Below are positions 11,845 through 23,016 of a stretch of DNA of 64,000 nucleotides, piece after piece. The DNA lies in NCBI RefSeq assembly GCF_006345805.1, contig NC_043013.1:30380001-30444000 (forward strand), written 5' to 3'. The notes under the pieces were generated by a model, which was not told the DNA's origin, made no database searches, and saw only the letters and a list, made by a program, of their open reading frames with translations. This stretch comes from Octopus sinensis (taxonomy: Eukaryota). Within the stretch, counting starts at the first letter, position 1. Each line of letters begins with the position of its first letter. The position numbers and the translations under genes were made by a program.

Positions 11845-14800
11845 CATACAGAGAAAGAGACAGAGAGAGGGGTAGAGAGAAAGAGAGAGCGTGAATTATG
11901 CAACGAAAAATTATAACCGCTTGCGCTAGACATACGAAATATGCATACGTGTATGTAATAAAGAGAAAAGAAAGACTGAAAATATTCAGACAATGAAGGT
12001 TCCTGTATGAATACATAAATAATTATATATTAAGAGAACAAACATACACAATACAAAGATATAGAAAATTAAGGGGAAAATGGTGTGGCCTTTCGTGTTG
12101 GACAGCTATTTCTGGGGTCTCGCAATTACTTCAAAATATTGGCAGATGTAGTTCGTATGAATATGAAACTGGTACAAGTATAGAAACATTAGGTAGATCC
12201 GCCTCCGTCTTTAGGGTGGAGAGATAAGTAGCTAACCTAGACAAATATCTAACGTTATGACAACGTGAAGAGAACGTTGGATTAGAAATGTTTCATGGTG
12301 GTTGTTTGGAATCTTCTATATGATAGTGAAGTTAGTTTAACTCTTGTCGTTTGCTAACAATCGATATACGTTTTCTTATGATTATTTCGCATTTATCCGA
12401 ATGTTTGAGGTTCTGATTGTCAACTTGATATTCTGTTTAATCATTTGTCAAGTTATGAAAATTAAGGCAGTTGTGGAAAGGTTGTGCAATTGTAAATATA
12501 TCTGACACTGCATGTATTTCATTCCATATGGCCAACAAAATAAAGTTGCAAACGTACCTCTGTCTTGCAGAAGGAAACTTCGGCCAGTGTGATAGGATGT
12601 CGGCATTGTGGAGTGTAATTCAAACGTCTTTATCTGCAACACTTCAATTTTGATAGCCTTTGCAGATGTTAATGCTCGTGCACTTGTAGAAGTGCTGTCT
12701 CTTCTTGCCATAATTATCGCCATAATTCGTTTAATTTCTGGGTTTGATTCTTACGTGGCAGTGTATAAAACGGGTGTTTGATATTAATTTATTCCCATTA
12801 TACTTTGGAACTGTTTTGACATCGTGATCCATTCACATGTCACATAGTCGAATTTCTCTGCATTAAATCTCCTTCATCAGTAACAGCTAGAGTTGTCCTG
12901 CATTGCTCCATTAGGCCTCTGGTAGCATGTATCCAGTAGAGATTGATCGCTATATTACTCTTCTCAGTTATTCTATTTTGAATACCGAAAGGGGAGAGAC
13001 CAGTTTCGGTGCGGCGTAATTGTTATTGACATTAGCTAAGATCTCCAATACTGTGCGAGCCTCCTTCTCATACAACATCCGATGATTCAGATGGTCGTTA
13101 AAACTAATATAAAATAGTACCGAATGACTGAAACTCATGAAGAGATATGATGTCTGTTTCTATATATACTTGATGAAACTAAATGGCATGATTTTTCCAG
13201 ACATAAGGTAGCAGATGTCTGTAGACTGAGATATCTGGACAATAGTTGTAGCTTAAAATACATGCAGAGCATTCACAGTAAGAAAACTAGTTATTCCCTT
13301 GTGCTTTTTTTCAAGAAATACTAAACGGTATTAATGACATCTTCACCAAGACATTACAGAGAGAATTAAATGTTTCAGGTTAATATTTCTGTTCATAATA
13401 GCTAATATTACTTCTCCGGCCACATTACTACGTCCCTTTAAATGTAATATAATACTCATTCATATACACGCGTGGAAACTCACACTCATATATAAAATGT
13501 ATGCATGTGTATATGCACGCATGATGTATGTATATACATTTATAGTTGCATTTACAAACTTAATATATGAAGTAAGTTTTATGATATTTTTTCTATTCAC
13601 TACTAAATATTCCTTTTGTTGTTGCCTTGTTTCTTGTGTTTCGTTTATCAGGCAGCGAATATTTCAGAACAATAGATATATTTAATATAATATAAAATTA
13701 CACTCAACATGACATTTGGTAAAAATATGACAACAATAAGTCAACACTTGGAATAAGATGAGAAAAAAGTTTCTTTAGAAGTTTCAGCGTTTGCTAGGAT
13801 ATATGGCAACTGATAGTTTATTGGCAATAGAGTAAGAAAAACAGTAAAACAAACAAAACAAAATAATCGGAATATATTCAGTATCGCCAGCGGGAATATT
13901 GATAAGACAAAATAATTTAAGAAACACGTTGGTGTTAATGATACATCACCATCATCATCGTCATCGTCGTCAACACCACAAAGAAAAACAATAAAATAAA
14001 TAGCAACAACATGTATACTAGTAGCAACAGTATTACTAGTAATGGTAATAATAATTATTATTTCGTTATTGGCCATAAGGCTGGTTCATACAAAAGTTAT
14101 ACGAAACGGATAAATAGTAAATAAGAAATATTCCACCGTGTAAGCATTGAATGAACAAAGTTTGGTAAAAACGGAAAACTGCACCGAAAAAGAGGTTAAA
14201 CATGTTAAACATACAGCAGGGAGATTCTGCCATCCAAGAAAGACTAGGGCGTCTCACAATTACGACCACATTTCGCTCTCACTGAATGAAGGATATTTTA
14301 CTTAAAGATATCTGCCAGTGATGTTTCCAATTCTTATTTTCTTGGGAGAAAAAATGTGATGCTTTCTTGGCAAGGCATAACTACTTTTAATTGATTTTAC
14401 TAGGCTGGCGCCAATCCCTCCAACAGAATGTTGTCGGGCTTTCAATCACTGTATATTGAAAGATGTTGGCCATTCATGAGTCTGCCATAAGTTTTAGACC
14501 TATGTACGCTGATTTGTGTTGCTGTCAAAATGTATTGTGCAGTACGCTAAGTTTTCTTCTAGAGTACTATTATTTGTTTTTATTTTCTATCATTTATTTT
14601 CGTTTTGTGTATTCATTTATAGTTTTAGTATTTTCGTCTCTTCAGTTGGTGGTTGTTAGTTTCAAACTCGTAAGACTGTGAGTTTGAGAGACCACATCCA
14701 TTAATAATTCGTTATGTAAATGTGGGTAACCAAACAACTAGAAAGAGTATCACGAATTGGCTATTTGGAGATAAACAGCACGAAGGGGAGAAATCAGTTG

Positions 14801-15540
14801 AAATTTAAGTACTATCACTAGTTGAACAAACGAGATCTTATTAGAAATGTTGACTGCATTTATAGTTAATTAGATTTTAATGCCAGGTTAGTGGATATTT
14901 GTCGGGTCGATTACACTCGAGCCTTTTGTCCATTTCGGTGATATAGCATTTGTTTGCTGGGTACTTTTATGAGAATACATTTGTCAGCTGGCTGGGTTTA
15001 GGCTATTGCAAGTGGATCTATGCGTGTTCACATGAAAACTATATTTTCATATGTGTGTGTTTATATGTGTATTTTGTATATTGTTATATGTGTGTGTGTA
15101 GATGCGTATCTGTGTGAGTATAATGTATGTAAGCGCGTGTGTATGTCATTGTGTACCCACTGTTATGGAATGTGTAAATATGGAACAGGTTAGTCATGAA
15201 AATCTCAGTAGAAAACAGAGTAAAGAAACCGATGAATCATTCACAGAGACACTCGTCAAGTGTTCTTACTCATTAGGTAATACAGTAGGTTTCCGAAAAT
15301 GTGTGATCACATTTACAACGAGTTAACTTTGAATGAATGGGGGAAATGCGGAAAACAGACTGAATACTTCACTCACCTGTTAGATATACACATACGAAGA
15401 TTGGGTTCTAAAAAAAAAAACAAAAGGAAAAAAGGATGGGTTAAGGACTGAAATATTTTCCTGAAGTTGTTACATTGAGAAACCATCGAGTCACATGCTC
15501 ATTGTACCCAATATTCCAGAGAAGTACCGAGTGATTAAAT

Positions 15541-15958
15541 ATATATTTCTTTACTACCCTCAAGGAGCTAAACATAGAGGGGACAAACAAGGACAGATAA
15601 AGTGATTAAGTCGATTACATCGACTCAGTGCGAAACTGGTACAGTATTTATCGACCCCGAGAGGATGAAAGGCAAAGTCGACCTCGGTGGAATTTGAACT
15701 CAGAACTAACGACAGACGAAATATCTATTTCTTTACTACCCACAAGGAGCTAAACACAGAGAGGACAAACAATGACAGACAAACGGATTAAGTCGATTAT
15801 ATCGACCCCAGTGCGTAACTGGTACTTATTTAATCGACCCTGAAAGGATGAAAGGCGAAGTCCACCTCGGCAGAATTTGAACTCAGAACGTAACGGCAGA
15901 CGAAATACGGCTACGTATTTCGCCCGGCGTGCTAACGCTTCTGCCAGCTCGCCGCCTT
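15541..15958 (-). mobile_element. Family B SINE, head plus two tandem ~184-bp units
   Basis: The unit is repeated at 15541-15723 and 15724-15907. The junction motif AGACGAAATA occurs at 15714 and 15898. The head GGCGGCGAGCTGGCAGAAGCGTTAGCACG starts at ~15958. Confidence 0.9.
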
Positions 15959-16930
15959 CTGAGTGACTAAATATATTCAATAGAAATCTCTGGCTTTATC
16001 AGTATTCTTCTCACTCGAAAATTTTGCTTTGACAGGACATTTATACTTTTTCTAAATCTTTATGTCTATCGTCATAAAGTTTTAAAAAAAGAAAACGTAA
16101 CATCAGTTAAATTAGAAACACGTACAGTAAATTGCATTATATTTTACTTCTATAATTAGATATAAAAATATGAAGTGGATGAAAAGATTAGTTGTAATAC
16201 TAAATTTCCTCAAATGGAAACATATTAACCTGTCATAAACTATACTCGTAAATGTTTTACCGTAGACATTTAGTGCAGTGAATACTCAAAAGTGTATGGC
16301 AGTTTTCTCAAAATTGTCAATCTCGAAAGTGATAGACAGCAGAAGAGTGTACAACTCGCTCGCACGAAGTAATTCTGCAAACAGGCCATACTTGAAAAAT
16401 GTTTTCAACTTTCCAAGTGTATTTCAGTCTGAGAAATGATAGGTAATCAATATAGAATTTCAAGGGATGAACGTGATTTCGTTGTAAATTCTCTAAATGT
16501 GCTTCATTATCTTTCTGATTTATAAAATTATCTATGAGTGCATTGATCTCATTTTCTCTGTCGCCCAATCATGTTATATTTATCTTTACGGCAAATACGA
16601 AGGTTCAATTGATTAGCCACGATTTTCCTACATGACAAATAAAAACTCATGAAAAAATCAGAAGCATACATGTATATATTTCGAAACCCTAATTTCAAAA
16701 TATGAGATACAAAAAAATAAATGGGATAGAAATCATAACGCATGCGCGAAGATGATATCTCTAAGAAGACCGCGACAAAACAAATCTATAGATTGCTCAC
16801 GTCGTAGATAGACACAGAAAATTACGACTGGAACAAAATCAAAATATACAAATGGTATGGGAGTTTTTTCATTACTGAGATATGTTTTGAGAGAAACGAA
16901 AAGGAAAAAACATTGAATATATTCAATAAT

Positions 16931-17098
16931 ACAGTTCTATATTTAAGAAATGAGGAATTATGTACCTAATTTATATTATATCCATTTGACGTATATTTCT
17001 CCTCATCTTAGTTGTTAACACAACGTTTCGGCTGATATATCCTCGAACCTTCATCAGGTATCTTGGGGAAATTTCGAACCTGGGTTCTCAATCCTAAT

Positions 17099-17167
<69 letters not shown>

Positions 17168-17253
17168 TATTATTATTTTAATATTATTCAGGTCACTGCC
17201 TGGAGTCGAACTCGGAATCTTGGAGTTTGTAGCCCGCGCCCTTAACCATTACG
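16931..17253 (-). mobile_element. tRNA-headed SINE (family E): head, (TAA)n linker, hammerhead-containing tail
   Basis: Minus strand: GTAATGGTTAAGGGCGCGGG...GAGTTCGACTCC head (17186-17253), (AAT)n, then tail GAGAACCCAGGTTCGAAATTTCCCCAAGATACCTGATGAAGG...CAGCCGAAACGTTGTGTT...AAATATAGAACTGT. Confidence 0.8.
17017..17062 (-). ncRNA. Minimal type I hammerhead ribozyme motif (intact core)
   Basis: GAUAC-CUGAUGA-A-GGUUC...CAGCC-GAA-ACGU-U-GUGUU. Stem I has 5 pairs including wobbles and stem II has 4 pairs. Predicted cleavage is between 17022 and 17021. Confidence 0.7.
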
Positions 17254-17255
17254 AT

Positions 17256-17410
17256 ATAATAACATCGTAAAATACCTTAGGAATGAGAACCCAGGTTCGA
17301 AATTTCCCCAAGACACATGATGTAGGCTGGAGGGTTTATCAGCCGAAACGTTGTGTTAACAACAAACAAGATGAGGAAAAATATCTGTCAAATGTAAATA
17401 ACGTACATTC
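17256..17410 (+). mobile_element. Inverted second copy of the family E tail; hammerhead motif at 17312-17357 with two core substitutions
   Basis: Reverse complement of ~16960-17100. GACAC-AUGAUGU-A-GGCUG(GAGGGUUUAU)CAGCC-GAA-ACGU-U-GUGUU: the stems are fully paired but C3>A and A9>U. Confidence 0.8.
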
Positions 17411-17628
17411 AATAATGTCATTCTGTTTTGTAAAACGTTTCTTAGACTTAGACAAGTAGTCAGAATTAAATCTTCCTTTCGGGCCATGTCTTTTGCGTCT
17501 TTTAAAAAAAATCTGATTATGTAAAATATAATTTGGGAAAAAGCTTTCTAATTTCCATAATAAATTTAAAATGTGAAATTCAATTTTTCACTCATGAATT
17601 AACCCAGAGGCACAAATGTTTGGACTAG

Positions 17629-17700
<72 letters not shown>

Positions 17701-17703
<3 letters not shown>

Positions 17704-17891
17704 TAGTTTTATTTTCACTTCACTACCGCTCTGTGTGCCTTGGGTATGTGCTGTGATTTGTTGTGATGCTCTGATGGTTATTGTATGGAAAGTGTTCTGC
17801 GTAGGATGTGTGCAGTGCCTAGTAGTGCAATTTTCTGTATGTTATATGTGTCTGTAAGTCCTGGTGTTTTTGTTATGTATTTGTCTGAATA
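17701..17891 (-). mobile_element. 5'-truncated R4/Dong-type LINE 3' end (copy 1), flanked by (TAA)n
   Basis: Translates KKYSDKYITKTPGLTDTYNIQKIALLGTAHILRRTLSIQ*. Same family as 4013-4303. Confidence 0.85.
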
Positions 17892-17945
17892 TTTTTTTTT
17901 TATTATTATTATTATTACTACTATTATTATTATTATTGTTATTAA

Positions 17946-17995
<50 letters not shown>

Positions 17996-17997
17996 TA

Positions 17998-18025
<28 letters not shown>

Positions 18026-18028
<3 letters not shown>

Positions 18029-18216
18029 TAGTTTTATTTTCACTTCACTACCGCTCTGTGTGCCTTGGGTATGTGCTGTGATTTGTTGTGATGCTCTGAT
18101 GGTTATTGTATGGAAAGTGTTCTGCGTAGGATGTGTGCAGTGCCTAGTAGTGCAATTTTCTGTATGTTATATGTGTCTGTAAGTCCTGGTGTTTTTGTTA
18201 TGTATTTGTCTGAATA
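18026..18216 (-). mobile_element. 5'-truncated R4/Dong-type LINE 3' end (copy 2), tandem duplicate of copy 1
   Basis: Appears identical to 17701-17891 at an offset of 325 bp, including the interruptions in the adjoining microsatellite. Confidence 0.85.
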
Positions 18217-18299
18217 TTTTTTTTTTATTATTATTATTATTACTACTATTATTATTATTATTGTTATTAATATTATTATTATATTATTATTATTACTAC

Positions 18300-18339
<40 letters not shown>

Positions 18340-18341
18340 AC

Positions 18342-18373
<32 letters not shown>

Positions 18374-18394
18374 GTAGTAGTAGTAGTAGTAGTA

Positions 18395-18447
<53 letters not shown>

Positions 18448-18465
18448 ATAAAGTTTACATGCCAA

Positions 18466-18811
18466 CAGAATATGGCAGTCCTATAAAGGACGATGTTATT
18501 GTTGTTTTACCTCCAGGAAAGCATCTTTTCCAGCTGCCTATCGACACACTGTGTGTCGCTTAAAGAATATATAGTATTTGCGAGTGGTGGGAGCTTTCAT
18601 CATTAGCCTGAAGTTGTCTCACACAGAAGACAGGTAACAACCCAGAAAACCAGGTCTGTGTGTAACACGTAAGGCTACAAATGAGGGCGATGTCCTCCCT
18701 TGCAAATGCTATACGGGCACAAACAGTGTGTGTCGATAACTAGCTGGAAAAGATGTTTTCCTGGGACTCAAACAATCGTAACATCGTCGTTTATATGAAT
18801 GCCACATTCTA
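18466..18811. mobile_element. MITE-like element with ~85-90-bp imperfect terminal inverted repeats
   Basis: Left AGAATATGGCAGTCCTATAAAGGACGATGTTA...CCAGGAAAGCATCTTTTCCAGCT...TATCGACACACTG mirrors right CAGTGTGTGTCGATAA..AGCTGGAAAAGATGTTTTCCTGG...TAACATCGTCGTTTATATGAATGCCACATTCT. No clear TSD. Confidence 0.7.
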
Positions 18812-18848
18812 TCCGTTACTGTATATCTCTCGCTCAGAGATTAAAATA

Positions 18849-18908
<60 letters not shown>

Positions 18909-18909
<1 letters not shown>

Positions 18910-19243
18910 GAGAGCAGTGCATGCGATCAAAGTGACACTGTGGTAAAATATACGAAGCCCAGTATACCCATCATGACTACCCGTCTGATAAGGTTACTCT
19001 AGGCATATGCATCACAACCATATGTGCGCGGCATGGTGATCCCATATCAAGATAAACAGCACATGACCTTGCAGGTGGGGCCCAGTTAGAATTTTCTTCT
19101 GGGCGAGTAGCCCATCCCGCTGAAAAGGTCCCTGGATAAGGATTTTTTAAGGATGTTGAACGAAACCCTTATGTTTCAAGAGGTGAATTATTCAAATCCC
19201 AAAGAATTCCTGTCAACACATGGCTATGATGTTCTCCAACCTC
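18909..19243 (-). mobile_element. Non-coding retroposed element ending ...CATGCACTGCTCTC(AAT)n
   Basis: Its terminus is shared with 3851-3877 and 63386-63402, each abutting an (AAT)n tail. No recognisable ORF. Confidence 0.6.
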
Positions 19244-19275
<32 letters not shown>

Positions 19276-19327
19276 CTTCTTCTTCTTCTTCTTCTTCTTC
19301 TTCTTCTTCTTCTTCTTCTTCTTCTTC

Positions 19328-19359
<32 letters not shown>

Positions 19360-19375
19360 CTTCTTCTTCTTCTTG
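19244..19375. repeat. (CTT)n/(GAA)n microsatellite
   Basis: Near-pure trinucleotide run. Confidence 0.95.
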
Positions 19376-19429
19376 TTATTGTCATTTTGTTACTGTTGTT
19401 GATATTGTTAATTATGACTTTGTTCATTT

Positions 19430-20600
19430 TTCGTTTGATTTCCATTATATGTTATCTTCCGGCCGGATCTCAAACAATGACCTAAGTTTCTCTCCTATTA
19501 AATGGAGAAAAACCTCTTGAGAAGGTCCGTGGTTGATGTCAACACGATTGTTTGAACTTCCCATAATGTTAATTTCCATGGGATTTGGTAAAAATATTCC
19601 TCGGTACCATGGCGCCACCAACAACAACAAGGTTGATCTTTTGTTGTTACGTGCCACGTCCTTGCAATCTCAATCTCACTCGCTCTTTGTATTCGATAGA
19701 TTTTCAAATTCTTATTTGAGATATTTCTGACAGAAGACGCCGTCATATCAATTAACAATCATGATTTTTGTCTTATGTTTTGATGTCGATGCGTGGTCGG
19801 TTAAAATTTATTTTCCTGTCTGTCTGTATCCCATAATTCTATAGGATCGAAGCATTCTCTCCCTTAGTGACTGGCGGTGGACAGTATTCATACCAGTTCC
19901 AAGTGTGTGGCGCATCGGTGTATACTCCAGTGCAAGTATTGGCCAAGCCATGATGCGTGGTTTTATGTTCTGTTGGAGGAAGAACTGAGCAACCGGCAGC
20001 AATTTGGTGAATACTATCAAGTTTGTCATCAGAGAGACTACACTCTGCGTCTACCCTACTGTGCGAGACATTAGCTCGATAGTTCCGGCTGAAGAGACAG
20101 TGATTAATCTGTTTCGTCTTTCTAACCAGTGCTCTGCAACCACTGATGGTTCCACCTCATACGGACATCAGCTTCTCCAGTTCCTTTGGGGTATTTCCTA
20201 TGCAATGGTTTATCTCGAAATTTTCTTGAAGCTTTCCTGTCTGGCGTTTGTTTTGCATTTTTTGCAGGCTTAGTGGGTGATGTATCCTTATTATCATCAC
20301 CATAATTAGAGAGGTTAATCTCTCCTCTGTATTTATATGTCTCATTCGAGCTTGAGTCCAGTTTGTTACTCTGGGTTGTCGTACCATGTGTACCATCCAA
20401 TCGGCGTTACTTTGGATGTGCATTTGGATTCCTATCATGATTTTGCAGAACGTTTCAAGTACGATTAGGTCTCAACCGTCCACATTTCATGGGAGAAAGA
20501 ATTTATGGACACCTGATTTGGGGTGATTCATCCTGTTTAATAATTTCAATAGTTTCTCGGTCTTTATCTCCATAAGTTGGAGTTCGCTCAGATTTCAGTT
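19430..20600 (-). mobile_element. Decayed R4/Dong-type LINE: thumb end, CCHC finger and RLE endonuclease
   Basis: Fragments FRDKPLH..Y...WLQSTG, RVDAECSL...IHQIAAGCSVLPPTEHKT, ENASIL*NYGIQTDRKINFNRP, LIDMTASSVRNIS and EIEIARTWHV correspond to the CCHC and PD-(D/E)xK RLE motifs. Confidence 0.8.
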
Positions 20601-20659
20601 GATGTCATTAAGGCTACACTGGACAACTGATGACGCCCGGGCGTTTATTAATGCAACTG

Positions 20660-21570
20660 TATTCTGGAAGTTCAGCATAGTATTCAGCGTAGTATTCGGC
20701 GTGCATTCACTAACGATGTGCCATACCGTTTTACCCATCTCACCACACATTCTGCATTTTTCGCTGTTGGAAGTGTTGTATATTCTGCACTATTCTGCAC
20801 GTAGTTGGTCCTTAACACTTGTGTCTGAGCTGCGCACATGAGTGCTTCTGTCTCAATCTTCAGATCAATCCTCCTCTTCCATAGCGACCGGTCTTCTGTA
20901 TCCGTCTTTGTTTTCACATCTCTTGCAGACGGATGGTACATTTTTTCCTTCAATGCTTTTCCAATTTTTTCTTGTTCACTTCTTCAAATATTTCTTTCGT
21001 TAAACAGCTTACAATTTTGATGACGCCGTTCTTCTTCATGGGTTTTGATAGTGGTTCCACAGTATTTTCATATACTACCCGAAGCTGCTTTCCTCTGCTT
21101 TGATACATTCCTAGCAACTGATCAACCCCCCCACACCCTTTCTGCTGAACAAGTACAACCTGTCAGTGTCACTCTTGGGATGGAAGGCTCCATATACTGT
21201 CAACATTTTCCTAGTCTTTCTATCCATTCCATCACTTCTCTCTTTTGCGATTTCATAATTCCCACTCCATACGAAGTGACACTATCGCCCACGTATTAAC
21301 TGCTTGGATTTTATTCCATCCAGTCAATTTTAAGCGCATCACCAACCTTAGTCTTCGGAAAAATTTCCAACCTTAGTTGCTCTTTCATTTCCTTCTCTGT
21401 AATCTCGTTGAACTCTAGTACAAGGTATTTGTAACCAACCGACCCAACTTGTTTAATCAAGTCATTATTCAGTAATTCTATCCCTGCTAGGGAGTGTAGC
21501 TTACCTCTTTTTATGTAGATTTTTCAGTACATCTTGAGTCCACATTCCATTCTTTCTAATACCCGTTCTA
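20660..21570 (-). mobile_element. Decayed R4/Dong-type LINE: RT C-terminus to CCHC finger (separate copy)
   Basis: KRGKL..LAGIELLNNDLIKQV...GYKYL...KIQAVNTWAIVSLR...DRKTRKMLTVYGAFHPKSDTDRLYL...DLKIETEALMCAAQTQVLRTNYV/...EKCRMCGEMGKTVWHIVSEC. Confidence 0.85.
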
Positions 21571-21606
21571 AAACTTATTATTATCATTATTATTATCATT
21601 ATCATT

Positions 21607-21990
21607 TTATTTCTTCTTTCTTCAAATTTTCTTCCGTTTCTCGCCGAGTGTTTTCCGTACACCTAGGGTAGAGAAGCTCATTGTATGCATTCCCAGATTA
21701 CACGCGCAAATTCAGAGGTAAAATATGTATTTAAAAATTGATAAATAAATAAATTCATGAATGGATGTTGTTTTCAACAGTGATAATGCTCTTCTCAGTA
21801 CATGAGCCGTTCCAGTTAATACGGATTTTTGCACTTTCCTGTAGGGATTGTATGCCTGGTATCATTTCCAAATAGGTTTCAGTACCTTTTTTTTATCATT
21901 CCTAGAGATCCTACAATAACTGGTACTGTAATCGCCTTGAGATGCCACATTTTTTTCAATTTCTATTAGCAAGTCTTTATATTTACTGAT
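21607..21990 (-). mobile_element. 5'-truncated R4/Dong-type LINE 3' end (different subfamily) between TAA tracts
   Basis: KISKYKDLLIEIEK/MWHLKAITVPVIVGSLGMIKK/GTETYLEMIPG.../VQKSVLTGTAHVLRRALSL, then a 3'UTR. (TAA)n lies at 21995-22043 and a TAA-like tail at 21577-21606. Confidence 0.85.
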
Positions 21991-21995
21991 CTTAA

Positions 21996-22043
<48 letters not shown>

Positions 22044-22711
22044 GTTTTCGTTGTTTTAAACCAGTTGTTTAGTTAGAAAAAATTAGAAATAATCATGGAG
22101 AGCAATTATATTTAAGGTGTCTGTGCATTTATGGATATAGAATGATTGTCTCTGTTTTTTTAAAGATTGTTGGTGCGTGACGTTGGAACCAGAAAAACGA
22201 CGATATCTGACAATTTGGAGATAATTGGCGATGGAGCAGAAAGCCACTTATCGCACAAGTGTTAATCAATTTTGTCAACATTTCTTCTTTAAAAATGAGA
22301 ATGTTAAATATCTTGGTAACAGTTCTCTCGGCCGTTAATTAGATTTTAGTGACTCGTTTGTTGATATTTCCCTAGAATGGTTGGGGTGCAATACCAGCAC
22401 GTTTGTGGTAGTTTTCGTGTACGGCGTTGCTGGCTACCTGCATGTTGTTGTTTGCCTAGATAGGATGTGTTTGTGTCACAGAAATTACATGATCGTCGGT
22501 GGGTGTATGTGTACAGATTTGTCTGTATGTGTGTACATGTGTGTGTGTGTGTGTTATTGCTTGATTACCATAATGAAATATATAGATATATATGTAACAG
22601 ACTAGGAATGTTCTCTCCTTTACAAAAAAGATACAACGAAACAAACTATCAAACACGATTAAAAAATTCGAAGATAGGTGTGTGTATTGTATTTCTAATC
22701 TTTAAATAATT

Positions 22712-23016
22712 CAGTGGCCCAGTTGTTAGGGCAGCGGACTCGCAGTCGTAGGATCGCAGTTTCGATTCCTAGACCGGGCGTTGTGAGTGTTTATTGAGCG
22801 AAAACATCTAAAGCTCCACGACGTTCCGGCAGGGGATGGTGGCAAGCTTTGCTGTACTCTTTCGCCACAACTTTCTCTCACTCTTTCTTCTTGTTGGCCT
22901 GCTCGCTTAGCCAGCGGGGTAGCGTCATTTGAACGCTAAAACAATGCGAAACGCATTGTGACCAGCGACGTGTAACAACATCTGATAGCCTGGTCGGTCA
23001 CGGTGATCACGGTGAT
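22712..23016 (+). mobile_element. tRNA-headed SINE, family D head/core with tail type 1
   Basis: GTGGCCCAGTTGTTAGGGCAGCGG...GTTTCGATTCC head. The core runs to CTCTCACTCTTTCTTCTTGTT (~22895) and the tail is GGCCTGCTCGCTTAGCC...GGTCACGGTGATCACGGTGAT(AT)n. Confidence 0.85.

Noticed and set aside
12190-12245. Minus-strand CCCTAAAGACGGAGGCGGATC, resembling Penelope-type termini
   Set aside because: The core is broken and there is no GAAAC/stem III.
20655-20705. GAATACTA(C/T)GCT micro-tandem at a LINE breakpoint
   Set aside because: Ordinary junction slippage; no evidence of a separate element.
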